Shown: positions 46,472-55,357 of the stretch, one piece after another
Numbering within the stretch: position 1 is the stretch's first letter
Layout: each line of letters opens with the position of its first letter
The notes under the pieces: generated by a model
The model's database searches: none
Told to the model about the DNA's origin: nothing
The model's input: the letters and a program-made list of their open reading frames with translations, nothing else
Position numbers and translations under genes: made by a program
From: Candidatus Undinarchaeota archaeon
GTDB taxonomy: Archaea > SpSt-1190 > JASMDC01
Direction: 5' to 3'
Assembly (NCBI GenBank): GCA_964519305.1
Contig: CAZFHY010000014.1
Location: 1 to 64,000 of the forward strand
Length of the DNA: 64,000 bases

Positions 46472-47316
46472 CGCGCGAGCGCCTTGAGCGGCTCTTCTAA
46501 TGTAACGTGCTGTTTCAATGTCTTCGCTAGGCATGCGATGAGCCATGTTTTCGTGGGCTCTTTCTTACCGAGGCCGAGGTCATCGACAGGCTGGTCAGAG
46601 CCCAGCCATGCGGACAGCTTCCTGAACTCCTGCCTCGCAAAAGAGGTGACCTCAACGCTGGCGGAGCCACACCCCTCGAAACCGGCCACCGGCTCGAGCC
46701 TGTCTATCCCCCGAATCACCTTCTCCAGGTTCTGAGGGAAGGCGTAGTGACAGATGTCGCAGGACAAGATCTGGAGATTCAGCCCACTGAGCTCACCATC
46801 GCCGAGGTGGGCCTCAAGATTGCGACCGAGGAGGCGGTCGAGGAGGAGGTTCACATAACGTACCTTCTCATCGCTCTTCTCACCGAGGGATGCATCGATC
46901 CATCCCTGGATCTCGTCAAGACCGCCCAGGTCACGGGAACCCTCCTCGCCCAGCCACGAGCATAGGGCCGTGATGTAGCGCATGCCCACCTCGCTCCGTC
47001 CGGTGGTGTCCTTTTTCCATGCATCCCCTTTATGACAGGGATGATGGGCACCGATCCGCTTGACATCGATGACCGGGCGCAGTTGCGCGATGGAGCGAAG
47101 GATGTTCCGGTAATGACGCTCCACCTTGAAGTGGCAGATCTCGAACCGGGTGATGAGCTCGCGGACAGCAACTACCTTATCCGGCAGCTCGCCCAAGTCC
47201 TTCTCCATGCGGTCGATGACGGCGATCTCCTCGTCCTCCGGTGCTACGATGATGTTGGCCCATGCACCTTGTCCTGCGGTTTCCATAGACTCTTCTCTCC
47301 GTGTTGCCATACCCAA
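46468..47316 (-). CDS. Hypothetical protein
   Basis: 282-aa ORF downstream of the flavodoxin gene; ICH motif occurs twice, plus FEGCG. Confidence 0.65.
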   Translation of the reverse strand: MGMATRREESMETAGQGAWANIIVAPEDEEIAVIDRMEKDLGELPDKVVAVRELITRFEICHFKVERHYRNILRSIAQLRPVIDVKRIGAHHPCHKGDAWKKDTTGRSEVGMRYITALCSWLGEEGSRDLGGLDEIQGWIDASLGEKSDEKVRYVNLLLDRLLGRNLEAHLGDGELSGLNLQILSCDICHYAFPQNLEKVIRGIDRLEPVAGFEGCGSASVEVTSFARQEFRKLSAWLGSDQPVDDLGLGKKEPTKTWLIACLAKTLKQHVTLEEPLKALAR

Positions 47317-47324
47317 GTGTTGAT

Positions 47325-47861
47325 CTAACGAATTAGCTTCCCTGTCACATCGCTCACACGCTTGCCCAGTTTCCTGCAGCTCTCGAGCAGCACCTCGTTC
47401 GGTGGATCATCGTAACCGATACCGTCGGCCATTGTGCCCAACATCCCGGGCCACCCTTCCTCGCGCCCCGGTGCGCTTACGATTACCATATCATGCATAG
47501 CCAGGGCCGTGATCAGTGAGAGGACCGTCGTCTCTGCTCCGGTACCTGTCCCCGCTGCCGATACGAAGGCCGCTCCTACCTTGTCCCTGAGCTTACTCTC
47601 ACCGTATAGAGAGACCGACTTGTCCACGAATGCCTTCATCCGGCCGGTCATATTGCCGAAGTAGGTCGGTGAGCCAAGGACGATCCCATCGGCCCATACA
47701 AGGTCATCCATCCCTGCCTTAGTTACCTTCTTCAGGAGCACTTCAGCGCCAGCGTCCTTGGCACCCTGCTCCACTGCCTTAGCCATGGCCTCGGTGTTGC
47801 CCGTATGGGTGTCGTAAACGATCAGTACTTTTACCATGGTCTTCATTCCCCCGATTCCCAA
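47325..47861 (-). CDS. WrbA/flavodoxin-like NAD(P)H:quinone oxidoreductase
   Basis: VYDTHTGNTE.MA, ADGIVLGSPTYFG, KVGAAF, G.ETT; real start probably a few codons downstream. Confidence 0.88.
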   Translation of the reverse strand: MGIGGMKTMVKVLIVYDTHTGNTEAMAKAVEQGAKDAGAEVLLKKVTKAGMDDLVWADGIVLGSPTYFGNMTGRMKAFVDKSVSLYGESKLRDKVGAAFVSAAGTGTGAETTVLSLITALAMHDMVIVSAPGREEGWPGMLGTMADGIGYDDPPNEVLLESCRKLGKRVSDVTGKLIR

Positions 47862-47928
47862 CGCCTTCTACTCGTTAAGTGATAAATATTTCCACCAGAG
47901 CATCGCAGCGCCATGCAAGGGCGGTCAA

Positions 47929-48732
47929 TCATCTCTCGTTTGGAGGTGAGTCCAGCACTGATCGCGTGATGTCCTGCAGGTATCGTGAACCTATTGCGAT
48001 TCGCTCCTCGAGCGTGTTCGCAGTGTTCGTCTCAATCACATAGGAGAAAGGTGTCCGCTCGTCCTCGACCTTGCGAAGGGTCCCATCTGAGCTCGTATCG
48101 GGGGAGATCACAGGCCAGTAGCCTTGCGCGGTCAGTGCATCACCCGTGGGATGGGCCTTCGCAACCGCGCCCGGGTCCGTCGCGCACACCATGTGCATAG
48201 AGCCCAGCGAGAATCCGGACTTGGAGGTCTCGTGGATGTCGAAGGCCAAGGCCAGCGGTCCGTACTGCTTTTCCGCCCGAGTGAGCGTTTCCAGTACGGC
48301 CTGCTCCTCTGGGACCTGTGATCCCGTCGGGGAGTAGCCGCTGTTCATCACCTGCCCGGAAGCGTTGGTCTCGTCCTTCTCGATGGGGAACTTACCGGGA
48401 TCGGCCATATCATATCGGTCAGCGTTGACCACCGGTGCCATGACCAGTGAATAGCGCTCACGTATCCCCTCGAAGACAGAATCGCTCAGATAAGTATCGA
48501 GGAAGTCCAGTGCTGCTGACACGGAGGCGGGTTCGCTGACGTGCTGCCCCGCTGTCACGTAGATCAGCCCCTGTGATTCGCCGCTGGCGGCGACTTCGAT
48601 GAGCGGAATGTCCTTACCCTGGGATGAGGCCCCCTCGGCGCGGCCGAAGCTGACACGGTCACCATAAGTGTCGGCCAGTGAGGAGCAGTACTGCTCTACG
48701 TCCGACAATGTGTAGAGCGCAGCACCTTCCAT
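47929..48732 (-). CDS. M14 zinc carboxypeptidase-like hydrolase
   Basis: S.QGKDI, AGQHVSE (HxxE), PVVNAD, FDIHE, C-terminal IET. Confidence 0.8.
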   Translation of the reverse strand: MEGAALYTLSDVEQYCSSLADTYGDRVSFGRAEGASSQGKDIPLIEVAASGESQGLIYVTAGQHVSEPASVSAALDFLDTYLSDSVFEGIRERYSLVMAPVVNADRYDMADPGKFPIEKDETNASGQVMNSGYSPTGSQVPEEQAVLETLTRAEKQYGPLALAFDIHETSKSGFSLGSMHMVCATDPGAVAKAHPTGDALTAQGYWPVISPDTSSDGTLRKVEDERTPFSYVIETNTANTLEERIAIGSRYLQDITRSVLDSPPNER

Positions 48733-48807
48733 TGTTGTTACTACTAGTCAGTAGTGATATAAATACTTACCGCATTATCCGGCATGATACCGTTCAGGCT
48801 ATCTTCA

Positions 48808-49617
48808 CTACGTCCTAGAGCTCTGCCCTTCCTCGATACCTTCCCTGATGCTACGGGCGAATGCACGTATTTCGTCCAACGAGGCATCAGGATCGTCAAG
48901 ATACTGCTCATAGATGCTCCCTATTGCGCTGCCGGTGATCACGCCATCGGCGCCGGCTGAGACCACCGCGGTCGCCTGTTCCTGCTTCGAAATTCCGAAA
49001 CCGACAAGGAGCGGGATGTCAGAGTGAGCTCGAACCCTCTCGATGAGCCTTAAAGTCGCCTCATGGAGCGATTCCCTGGCACCGGTGACACCGGCGACGG
49101 AAACCACGTAGACGAATCCACGGGCAACTGAAAGGATCTTTTCGAGACGGTCGTCAGGGGTGGTCGGGGCGACGAGGAAGATAATATCGATACCGTTCTG
49201 CTCACTTGCCTCTAGCAGGTCATCAGCTTCCTCTATCGGGACATCGGGAACGATAAGGGCGCATGCTCCTGCGTCCTTGATCCTCTTGACGAAAGACCCT
49301 ACCCCCATATGGTAGATGATGTTATAGTAGGAGGTGACGACGATGGGTTGCGTGATGCCCTCATCCCGGAGCTTACTGATCGACTCTATGGTCTTAGAAG
49401 GGGTCATACCGGCCTTCAGCGCCCGCTCGCAGGCCCGCTGGAACACGGGACCATCGGCAGTGGGGTCCGAGAATGGTATACCCAGCTCGATGATGGACAC
49501 GCCGCTATCGCACAGTGCTTTGATCTCCTTCAGGGAGAACCCTTCGCTGGGATCGCCGTAGTATACATGTGCCATGTACGCTACCTTTTCCTTGGCGAAC
49601 AGCTCACTGAGGTTCAC
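48808..49617 (-). CDS. trpA: Tryptophan synthase alpha
   Basis: [32 protein letters not shown]. Confidence 0.96.
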   Translation of the reverse strand: MNLSELFAKEKVAYMAHVYYGDPSEGFSLKEIKALCDSGVSIIELGIPFSDPTADGPVFQRACERALKAGMTPSKTIESISKLRDEGITQPIVVTSYYNIIYHMGVGSFVKRIKDAGACALIVPDVPIEEADDLLEASEQNGIDIIFLVAPTTPDDRLEKILSVARGFVYVVSVAGVTGARESLHEATLRLIERVRAHSDIPLLVGFGISKQEQATAVVSAGADGVITGSAIGSIYEQYLDDPDASLDEIRAFARSIREGIEEGQSSRT

Positions 49618-50795
49618 AGGCTCACCCCCTCTAGTCCAGCGATCATATGGACGTCCTTATCCCCCCTGCCAGAGAGGCAAACGATGATAATGTCATCCTT
49701 CTCGAGGCTCGGAGCAAGGTCCTTGAGATGCGCAAGTGCGTGCGAACTCTCCAGAGCGGGGATGATCCCCTCGACCTTGGACAGGAGGTGGAACGCCTCG
49801 ACCGCTTCGTCGTCGGTCACAGCGACGTACTCAGCTCGCTTTAAGTCATTGTAGAACGCGTGCTCCGGCCCGACGCCCGGGTAGTCCAGGCCCGCCGAGA
49901 TGGAGTGCGCCTCGCGGATCTGGCCGTTCTCGTCCTGGATGAAGTAGCTCTTCTTACCGTGCATGATACCTACCTCGCCGGCACCAATGGAGGCACCGTG
50001 CTTGCCGGTAGCGATACCCTTACCAGCGGCCTCGACGCCCACCATACGGACATCGTCATCGAAGAAAGGATGAAAAAGACCCATAGCGTTACTGCCACCG
50101 CCGACACAAGCGACGAGGCAGCTGGGAAGCTGTCCCTCCTGCTCCAGTATCTGTCGCCTGGCCTCGATACCGATGACGGCCTGGAAGTCGCGAACCATGG
50201 TCGGATAGGGATGCGGGCCCACGACCGATCCGATGACGTAGTGGGTGTTCCGGCAGTTTGCGGTATAGTCCCTCATTGCTTCATTGACAGCATCCTTGAG
50301 CGTCCTGGAACCAGAGGTGACCGGTACGACCCGTGCACCGAACAACCGCATTCTGAAAACGTTCAGTGATTGGCGCTGGATGTCGACCTCACCCATATAT
50401 ACGTCGCACTCGAGCCCTAGAGCTGCCGCTGCCGCAGCTGTGGCAACGCCATGTTGACCAGCTCCAGTTTCTGCGATTATCCTCGTCTTTCCCATCCGCT
50501 TAGCAAGGAGCACATGGCCCAGGGTGCTGTTGATCTTGTGGGCTCCAAGGTGGGCGAGGTCTTCGCGTTTAAGGTAGATCTTGGCACCACCAAGAAGCTC
50601 GGTCAGACGATGTGCGAGGTACAGCGGTGTCGGCCTGCCCGCGAACTTTTCCAGGTATAGTCTCAGCTCCTTCTGGAAATCCTCGTCGGTCTGCACCTCC
50701 CTGTACGCTGCGTCCAGCTCCTGGAGTATGGGCATGAGCGTCTCAGGGACGAACTGGCCACCGTACTCGCCGAAATAAGCATCATCGTTCCTCAT
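49614..50795 (-). CDS. trpB: Tryptophan synthase beta (TrpB1)
   Basis: [48 protein letters not shown]. Confidence 0.97.
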   Translation of the reverse strand: MRNDDAYFGEYGGQFVPETLMPILQELDAAYREVQTDEDFQKELRLYLEKFAGRPTPLYLAHRLTELLGGAKIYLKREDLAHLGAHKINSTLGHVLLAKRMGKTRIIAETGAGQHGVATAAAAAALGLECDVYMGEVDIQRQSLNVFRMRLFGARVVPVTSGSRTLKDAVNEAMRDYTANCRNTHYVIGSVVGPHPYPTMVRDFQAVIGIEARRQILEQEGQLPSCLVACVGGGSNAMGLFHPFFDDDVRMVGVEAAGKGIATGKHGASIGAGEVGIMHGKKSYFIQDENGQIREAHSISAGLDYPGVGPEHAFYNDLKRAEYVAVTDDEAVEAFHLLSKVEGIIPALESSHALAHLKDLAPSLEKDDIIIVCLSGRGDKDVHMIAGLEGVSL

Positions 50796-51430
50796 TCTTT
50801 ACACCTCTTCACGAACTGTCTGACCTTCTCAGGGTCTTTTCTCCCGTCGTCCGACTCGACACCGGAGGACACGTCGACCATGTACGGACCGAGCTTAAGC
50901 GCCTCATCTACGTTGTCGGGTGTAAGACCGCCAGCGATGCTGAATCGCGGGCAATATCGTATATAGGGGGAGAGCGCGGTCGCGTAATCGGTACTCAAAC
51001 CCATGCCGCCGACCTTCCCGTCATGCGTCGGCTCGAAAAGTAAAAGGTCACAGACCTCCACGAACCCCTCGAGCTCTTCGATGGTCGACGAGAGCTTCCC
51101 GGTCATGACATCGACGCCTACTGCACGAACGATTCTGAAGCCGCTGTCCCGCATCCTTGTGAGCTGACTAGCGGTCAGTGTGTACACCTGCAGCACGTCG
51201 GCCTTGACGCGCTCTCCCTTCTCGATGAACTCCTCTGCTGTAACGGGGAATCCGATGAGCGTAGAATCGACCGAGGGGCCCAAACGTCCGATGATGTCCT
51301 TGATCTGTTCAAGTGGGACGTTCCTCTTCCGGCCCTCAACGCTGACGAAACCGATGGCGTCCACACCCGCGGCCTTGCATATCAATGCATCCTCGAAGCT
51401 CCGAACCCCGCAGACCTGCACCTTCGTCAT
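50792..51430 (-). CDS. trpF: Phosphoribosylanthranilate isomerase
   Basis: [29 protein letters not shown]; operon context. Confidence 0.9.
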   Translation of the reverse strand: MTKVQVCGVRSFEDALICKAAGVDAIGFVSVEGRKRNVPLEQIKDIIGRLGPSVDSTLIGFPVTAEEFIEKGERVKADVLQVYTLTASQLTRMRDSGFRIVRAVGVDVMTGKLSSTIEELEGFVEVCDLLLFEPTHDGKVGGMGLSTDYATALSPYIRYCPRFSIAGGLTPDNVDEALKLGPYMVDVSSGVESDDGRKDPEKVRQFVKRCKE

Positions 51431-52221
51431 CGTACCACCTCATCTCCCGCGGCTACAAGCTCTGCGACCTTTCTGGAGACGCTGTCGGCCGTCATCAGGG
51501 ACGAGCCGACCAGGACCGCATCCACACGACCGCCCGACGATGCGTACGCATGCTCGATGTCGGCTGCTGTCGATATGCCAGAGGCGCTCACGAAAGCGAT
51601 GTCGTTCGCCAGCCCCTTGCCGATGGCGGCATTCTTGAGGTCGAAAGACAGATCGCCGTAGATGTCCCGGTTGTTTATCTCGATGATCGTAGCGCCAACG
51701 CCCAATGCCTTTTCGATCTCGTCGGGTGTGTTGGCTTCGATGAACGCTTCCATACCAAGGGCCTCGCCAAGCTCGATGAGCCTGCCCGCATCCTGTAGGA
51801 CCGCGTCGACGACACGGACCATGAGCAGATAGGCGTCCGCGCCCGCTACCATGCACTCCGCCAGCTGACGTGGTGAGAACAGGAAGCCCTTGGCGAGTAA
51901 TGGTAGGTCGGTGCACTCTCGCACTGTCCTGAGGTTCTCGAGGCTACCCCCGAAACGCCGTGGCTCCACCAGGACCGAGATAGCATGCGCACCGCCCGAT
52001 TCGAGCTCCTCGACTATTGAAGGTATCTCACGTGCTCCAATGCTCCTGAGCTCTCCCCTGCTGGGGGAGGACGGCTTAAGCTCGGCGATGACACGCACTC
52101 CATTCCTGCGACCGTCGCGGAGAGCGTCGTACATACCACGGACGTTCTTTTTTTCACGCAGTATATCGTCGACTATATCCCCGACGGCCTTCCCCAGGAG
52201 CTCGTGCGTACTCATCGTCAC
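51427..52221 (-). CDS. trpC: Indole-3-glycerol phosphate synthase
   Basis: IAELKPSSPSRG, ISVLVE..F.GS, LP.L.K.F, GADA.LL, INNRD, SGI, VLVG. Confidence 0.92.
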   Translation of the reverse strand: MTMSTHELLGKAVGDIVDDILREKKNVRGMYDALRDGRRNGVRVIAELKPSSPSRGELRSIGAREIPSIVEELESGGAHAISVLVEPRRFGGSLENLRTVRECTDLPLLAKGFLFSPRQLAECMVAGADAYLLMVRVVDAVLQDAGRLIELGEALGMEAFIEANTPDEIEKALGVGATIIEINNRDIYGDLSFDLKNAAIGKGLANDIAFVSASGISTAADIEHAYASSGGRVDAVLVGSSLMTADSVSRKVAELVAAGDEVVR

Positions 52222-53234
52222 TAGTTCCCGAAACCCTTGGACCGCTCGATCAGCTGATCGAGCTTCTCCCGGGCCTTTCCGCTCTTGATGGCCTGGCGTG
52301 CGAGCTCGATACCCTCTGCGATGTCGCCGGCCTTGTCGGCGGCATAGAGGGCAGCGCCCGCGTTCAGAAGGACGATGTCCGTGTACGGCGAGTCATCACC
52401 GTCCAGCACCGAGCGGGTGATGGCGGTGTTATCCTCTGGAGTCCCGCCCTGGATGTCCTCGAGCTTGGCACGGTCGAGCCCGAACTGCTCGGGGGTCAGG
52501 TAGTAAGTCTCCACCTTGCCGTCCTTCAGTTCAGAAACCTTCGTCCTATCGATGGTGGAAAGCTCGTCCAGGCCTGAGCCGTGCACTACCAGAGCGTGGC
52601 GGAGACCGAACTTGCCCAGCACGCGGGCCAACGGCTCGGTGAGCCGTTCGTCGTACACACCGATAACCTGGTGCGCCACGTTCGCGGGATTCGTAAGAGG
52701 TCCGAGCACGTTGAACACTGTCCGGATACCGATCTCCCTCCGCGGGCCGATTGCGTACTTCATGGCCTTGTGGAAAGTCGGCGCGAAGATGAAGCCGATC
52801 CCAACGTCGCGTATGCACGTCTCGACGTCCTTTGGTGACAGGGTGATATCCACGCCCAAGCTCTCGAGGAGGTCGGCGGACCCAGACCTGCTCGATACGC
52901 TCCTGTTCCCATGCTTGGCGACGGACACACCCGCACCGGCCACGACGAACGCGACAGTGGTACTGATGTTGAACGTCCCGGCGCAGTCGCCGCCCGTCCC
53001 GCAGGTGTCCACCGCAGTGCCCTGGACCGAGATGCTCTCGGCCTTCTGTCGCATCACGGTAGCGCATGCGAAGATCTCATCCACTGTCTCGCCCTTCAGT
53101 CTGAGCGCGGTCAGGAACGCAGCGATCTGCGCGGGCGTAGCGTCACCGCCCATGATCTCGTTCATAACGTCGAGCGCCTCTTTCTCCGACAGGTCCTTGC
53201 CTTCGATGACTTTCTTGATTGCATCTTTTATCAT
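52221..53234 (-). CDS. trpD: Anthranilate phosphoribosyltransferase
   Basis: DTCGTGGD, FNIST, KHGNRSVSS.SGSAD, RTVFN.LGPL.NP, GLDE. Confidence 0.97.
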   Translation of the reverse strand: MIKDAIKKVIEGKDLSEKEALDVMNEIMGGDATPAQIAAFLTALRLKGETVDEIFACATVMRQKAESISVQGTAVDTCGTGGDCAGTFNISTTVAFVVAGAGVSVAKHGNRSVSSRSGSADLLESLGVDITLSPKDVETCIRDVGIGFIFAPTFHKAMKYAIGPRREIGIRTVFNVLGPLTNPANVAHQVIGVYDERLTEPLARVLGKFGLRHALVVHGSGLDELSTIDRTKVSELKDGKVETYYLTPEQFGLDRAKLEDIQGGTPEDNTAITRSVLDGDDSPYTDIVLLNAGAALYAADKAGDIAEGIELARQAIKSGKAREKLDQLIERSKGFGN

Positions 53235-53804
53235 TCATGCTCCCTCCAGGAAGTTTCTGAGGATGTCCCTACCATGTTCTGTGAGTATAGATTCGGGATG
53301 GAACTGGACGCCGTGGATCGGGTACTCGCGGTGCCGGACCGCCATGATCTCGTCGGCCTCTGTCCTGCCTGTGATCTCCAGCTGGTCGGGGAAACCTTCA
53401 AGGGCGATGACGAGCGAGTGGTATCTGGTCGCGGTGATGGGGGTCGGTACATCGGCGAAGATGCCCGTGCCGGTGTGATGGACGCGGCTCGTCTTCCCGT
53501 GAAGGAGGTTGGCCGCCCGCTCGATCGTGCCCCCGAACACGAGCCCCATGGCCTGATGGCCCAGGCACACACCGAGGGTCGGTATCTTCCTGCTCATCGT
53601 CCGCAGTATGTCGAGGGTGACGCCCGAGTCCTTGGGATGGCCGGGCCCCGGACTGAGCACGATCCTGTCCGGTTTTGCGGCCATGGCCTCCTTAAGGGTG
53701 ATGTCGTTCCTCTTAACGATGATCTCTGCTCCCATCTCGCCAAGGTACTGTGCTATGTTGTACACGAACGAGTCGTAGTTATCGATGATGAGGACCCTGA
53801 CCAT
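53235..53804 (-). CDS. trpG: Anthranilate synthase component II
   Basis: IDNYDSF, LSPGPG, GVCLGHQ, RYHSL, QFHPES. Confidence 0.96.
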   Translation of the reverse strand: MVRVLIIDNYDSFVYNIAQYLGEMGAEIIVKRNDITLKEAMAAKPDRIVLSPGPGHPKDSGVTLDILRTMSRKIPTLGVCLGHQAMGLVFGGTIERAANLLHGKTSRVHHTGTGIFADVPTPITATRYHSLVIALEGFPDQLEITGRTEADEIMAVRHREYPIHGVQFHPESILTEHGRDILRNFLEGA

Positions 53805-53805
53805 C

Positions 53806-55104
53806 TCAGCCGCCCCCCAGCACCGACATCATGGCGCCCATCTTGTTCTCCGTTTCGATGAACTCGTTCTCTGGGACAGAGTCCGCGACGATACCGGCGC
53901 CCGCCTGCAGGTACGCCTTGTTCCCCTTAGTGAATATCGATCTGATCGTGATGGCGAAGTCCATGTTCCCGCAGAAGTCAAAGTATCCGACCGCGCCAGC
54001 GTAAGGCCCCCGCCGGGTCATCTCGAGCTCCTCGATGATCTCCATTGCCCTGATCTTAGGAGCGCCCGAGACGGTGCCCGCCGGGAAGCATGAGCGCAGC
54101 GCGTCGAAGCAGTCCCGGTCCTTACGCAGCCTGCTCGTGACGTTCGAGACGATATGCTGGACATGTGAGTACTTCTCGCAGCCCATGAGCTCGTCCACCT
54201 TGACAGATCCGTACTCGGAGACGCGGCCCATGTCGTTGCGGTGCAGGTCCACGAGCATGATGTGCTCGGCCCGCTCCTTCTCGTCGAGAAGCATGCTCAC
54301 TTTCAGCTTCTCGTCCTCCTCGGGGTCCTTGGACCGGGGACGCGTGCCGGCCAGTGGCCGGGTGGTCAGGACGCTGTTCTCGAGCCGCACGAGCATCTCG
54401 GGAGAGGAACCGAAGACCTTCGACTCGGCGAAGTCGATGTAGAAGAGGTAGGGTGAGGGATTCACTTGCCTGAGGATCCGGTACATGTCGAACTCATTGC
54501 CCTTGAAGGTCGCTTCCGTCCGCCTCGAGATTACCGACTGGAATATGTCGCCCGCCCGGATGTACTCCTTCGCCTGCTCGACCGCGTTCTCGAATGCCGG
54601 GCTCTTCATATTGGTCCTCGGCTTACCGATCGTGAGCTCTTCTCGTTCCTCATCTCGATAGCTGTTGATAAGACCCTCGACCTCTCGGGCGGATCCGTGG
54701 GAGATCAGGTAGGCCTTCTGGTTGATGTGGTCGAAGCAGACGACCTGTGACGGAATGATGAAGTGCGCATCGGGAAGGTTCAGCTCGTCCGTTCTCAGTT
54801 CAGGGAGCCGCTCGAAGAACCTGACGATATCGTAGGAGAAGTATCCCACCATTCCACCCGAGAACGGGAGGAAGTCGACGGGCTCGGCACTGAAGTCGTA
54901 GAACTCGCGTCGCAGATAGTCGTACGGGTCCTCGCACTTCTCTCGGGTGCCATTGAACCGCACCTCGTGTCCCTTGGACCTGAAGGATAAGACCGGATCG
55001 AATCCGATAAATGAGTACCGCGCGGTCTTCTTGGTCCCCTCCACCGACTCCAGGAGGAAGCTCTCGTCCTTGTACTCCTGTTTGATCGCAGCGTATGCGC
55101 CCAC
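53806..55104 (-). CDS. trpE: Anthranilate synthase component I (frame is open to 55218; true start unresolved, see findings)
   Basis: SFLLES, NPSPY, GSSPE, PLAGT, AEH.MLVDL.RND, FPAGTVSGAPK, AGAGIVADS. Confidence 0.96.
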   Translation of the reverse strand: MGAYAAIKQEYKDESFLLESVEGTKKTARYSFIGFDPVLSFRSKGHEVRFNGTREKCEDPYDYLRREFYDFSAEPVDFLPFSGGMVGYFSYDIVRFFERLPELRTDELNLPDAHFIIPSQVVCFDHINQKAYLISHGSAREVEGLINSYRDEEREELTIGKPRTNMKSPAFENAVEQAKEYIRAGDIFQSVISRRTEATFKGNEFDMYRILRQVNPSPYLFYIDFAESKVFGSSPEMLVRLENSVLTTRPLAGTRPRSKDPEEDEKLKVSMLLDEKERAEHIMLVDLHRNDMGRVSEYGSVKVDELMGCEKYSHVQHIVSNVTSRLRKDRDCFDALRSCFPAGTVSGAPKIRAMEIIEELEMTRRGPYAGAVGYFDFCGNMDFAITIRSIFTKGNKAYLQAGAGIVADSVPENEFIETENKMGAMMSVLGGG

Positions 55105-55171
55105 GACGTCGAACCTGTCGAGACGGAGGTTCCGGACACGTGTTTTCAGAAGGTGTGGGTTGGACGTGGGA

Positions 55172-55222
55172 CTACCTTTGCGCTTCTTTCCGCCGACGCC
55201 AAAGATGATCCCTCCTTTTCAT
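55172..55222 (-). CDS. trp leader ORF MKRRDHLWRRRKEAQR with candidate +1 frameshift site CTT-TGG
   Basis: ATG AAA AGG AGG GAT CAT CTT TGG CGT CGG CGG AAA GAA GCG CAA AGG TAG; ATG about 29 nt after the TATA box; single Trp codon; the +1 frame is trpE. Confidence 0.7.
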   Translation of the reverse strand: MKRRDHLWRRRKEAQR

Positions 55223-55250
55223 GTGACCGAATAGAATAGACGCTTCCAGC

Positions 55251-55258
55251 TATATAAA
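55251..55258 (-). promoter_or_regulatory. TATA box of the trp operon
   Basis: TTTATATA on the minus strand upstream of the leader ATG. Confidence 0.7.
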
Positions 55259-55276
55259 GATTGCTATTATATGTTG

Positions 55277-55312
55277 ATAATTGTACATTATTGTCCATTT
55301 TATTATTGTCCA
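55277..55312. promoter_or_regulatory. TRP-box-like repeats (TGTACA/TGTCCA)
   Basis: TGTACA-N4-TGTCCA at 55282-55297 plus TGTCCA at 55307-55312; ATTATTGTCCA occurs twice. Confidence 0.55.
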
Positions 55313-55357
55313 CCCCTAGTAAAAGTATAAGAACCGGATCAGGCCGCATCCCGCCAC

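Noticed and set aside
52516-53861. Long plus-strand ORFs opposite trpD/trpG (similar cases at 20170-22552 and 38740-41456)
   Set aside because: Antisense shadows typical of high-GC coding DNA, opposite well-conserved genes.
55105-55222. Classical bacterial terminator/antiterminator trp attenuator
   Set aside because: I see no GC hairpin plus U-tract between the leader and trpE, and there is only one Trp codon; the frame relationship fits recoding better.
55146-55349. 67-aa minus-strand ORF upstream of trpE
   Set aside because: It spans the AT-rich promoter and TRP boxes; only its TTG-started 3' part is kept as a hypothesis.
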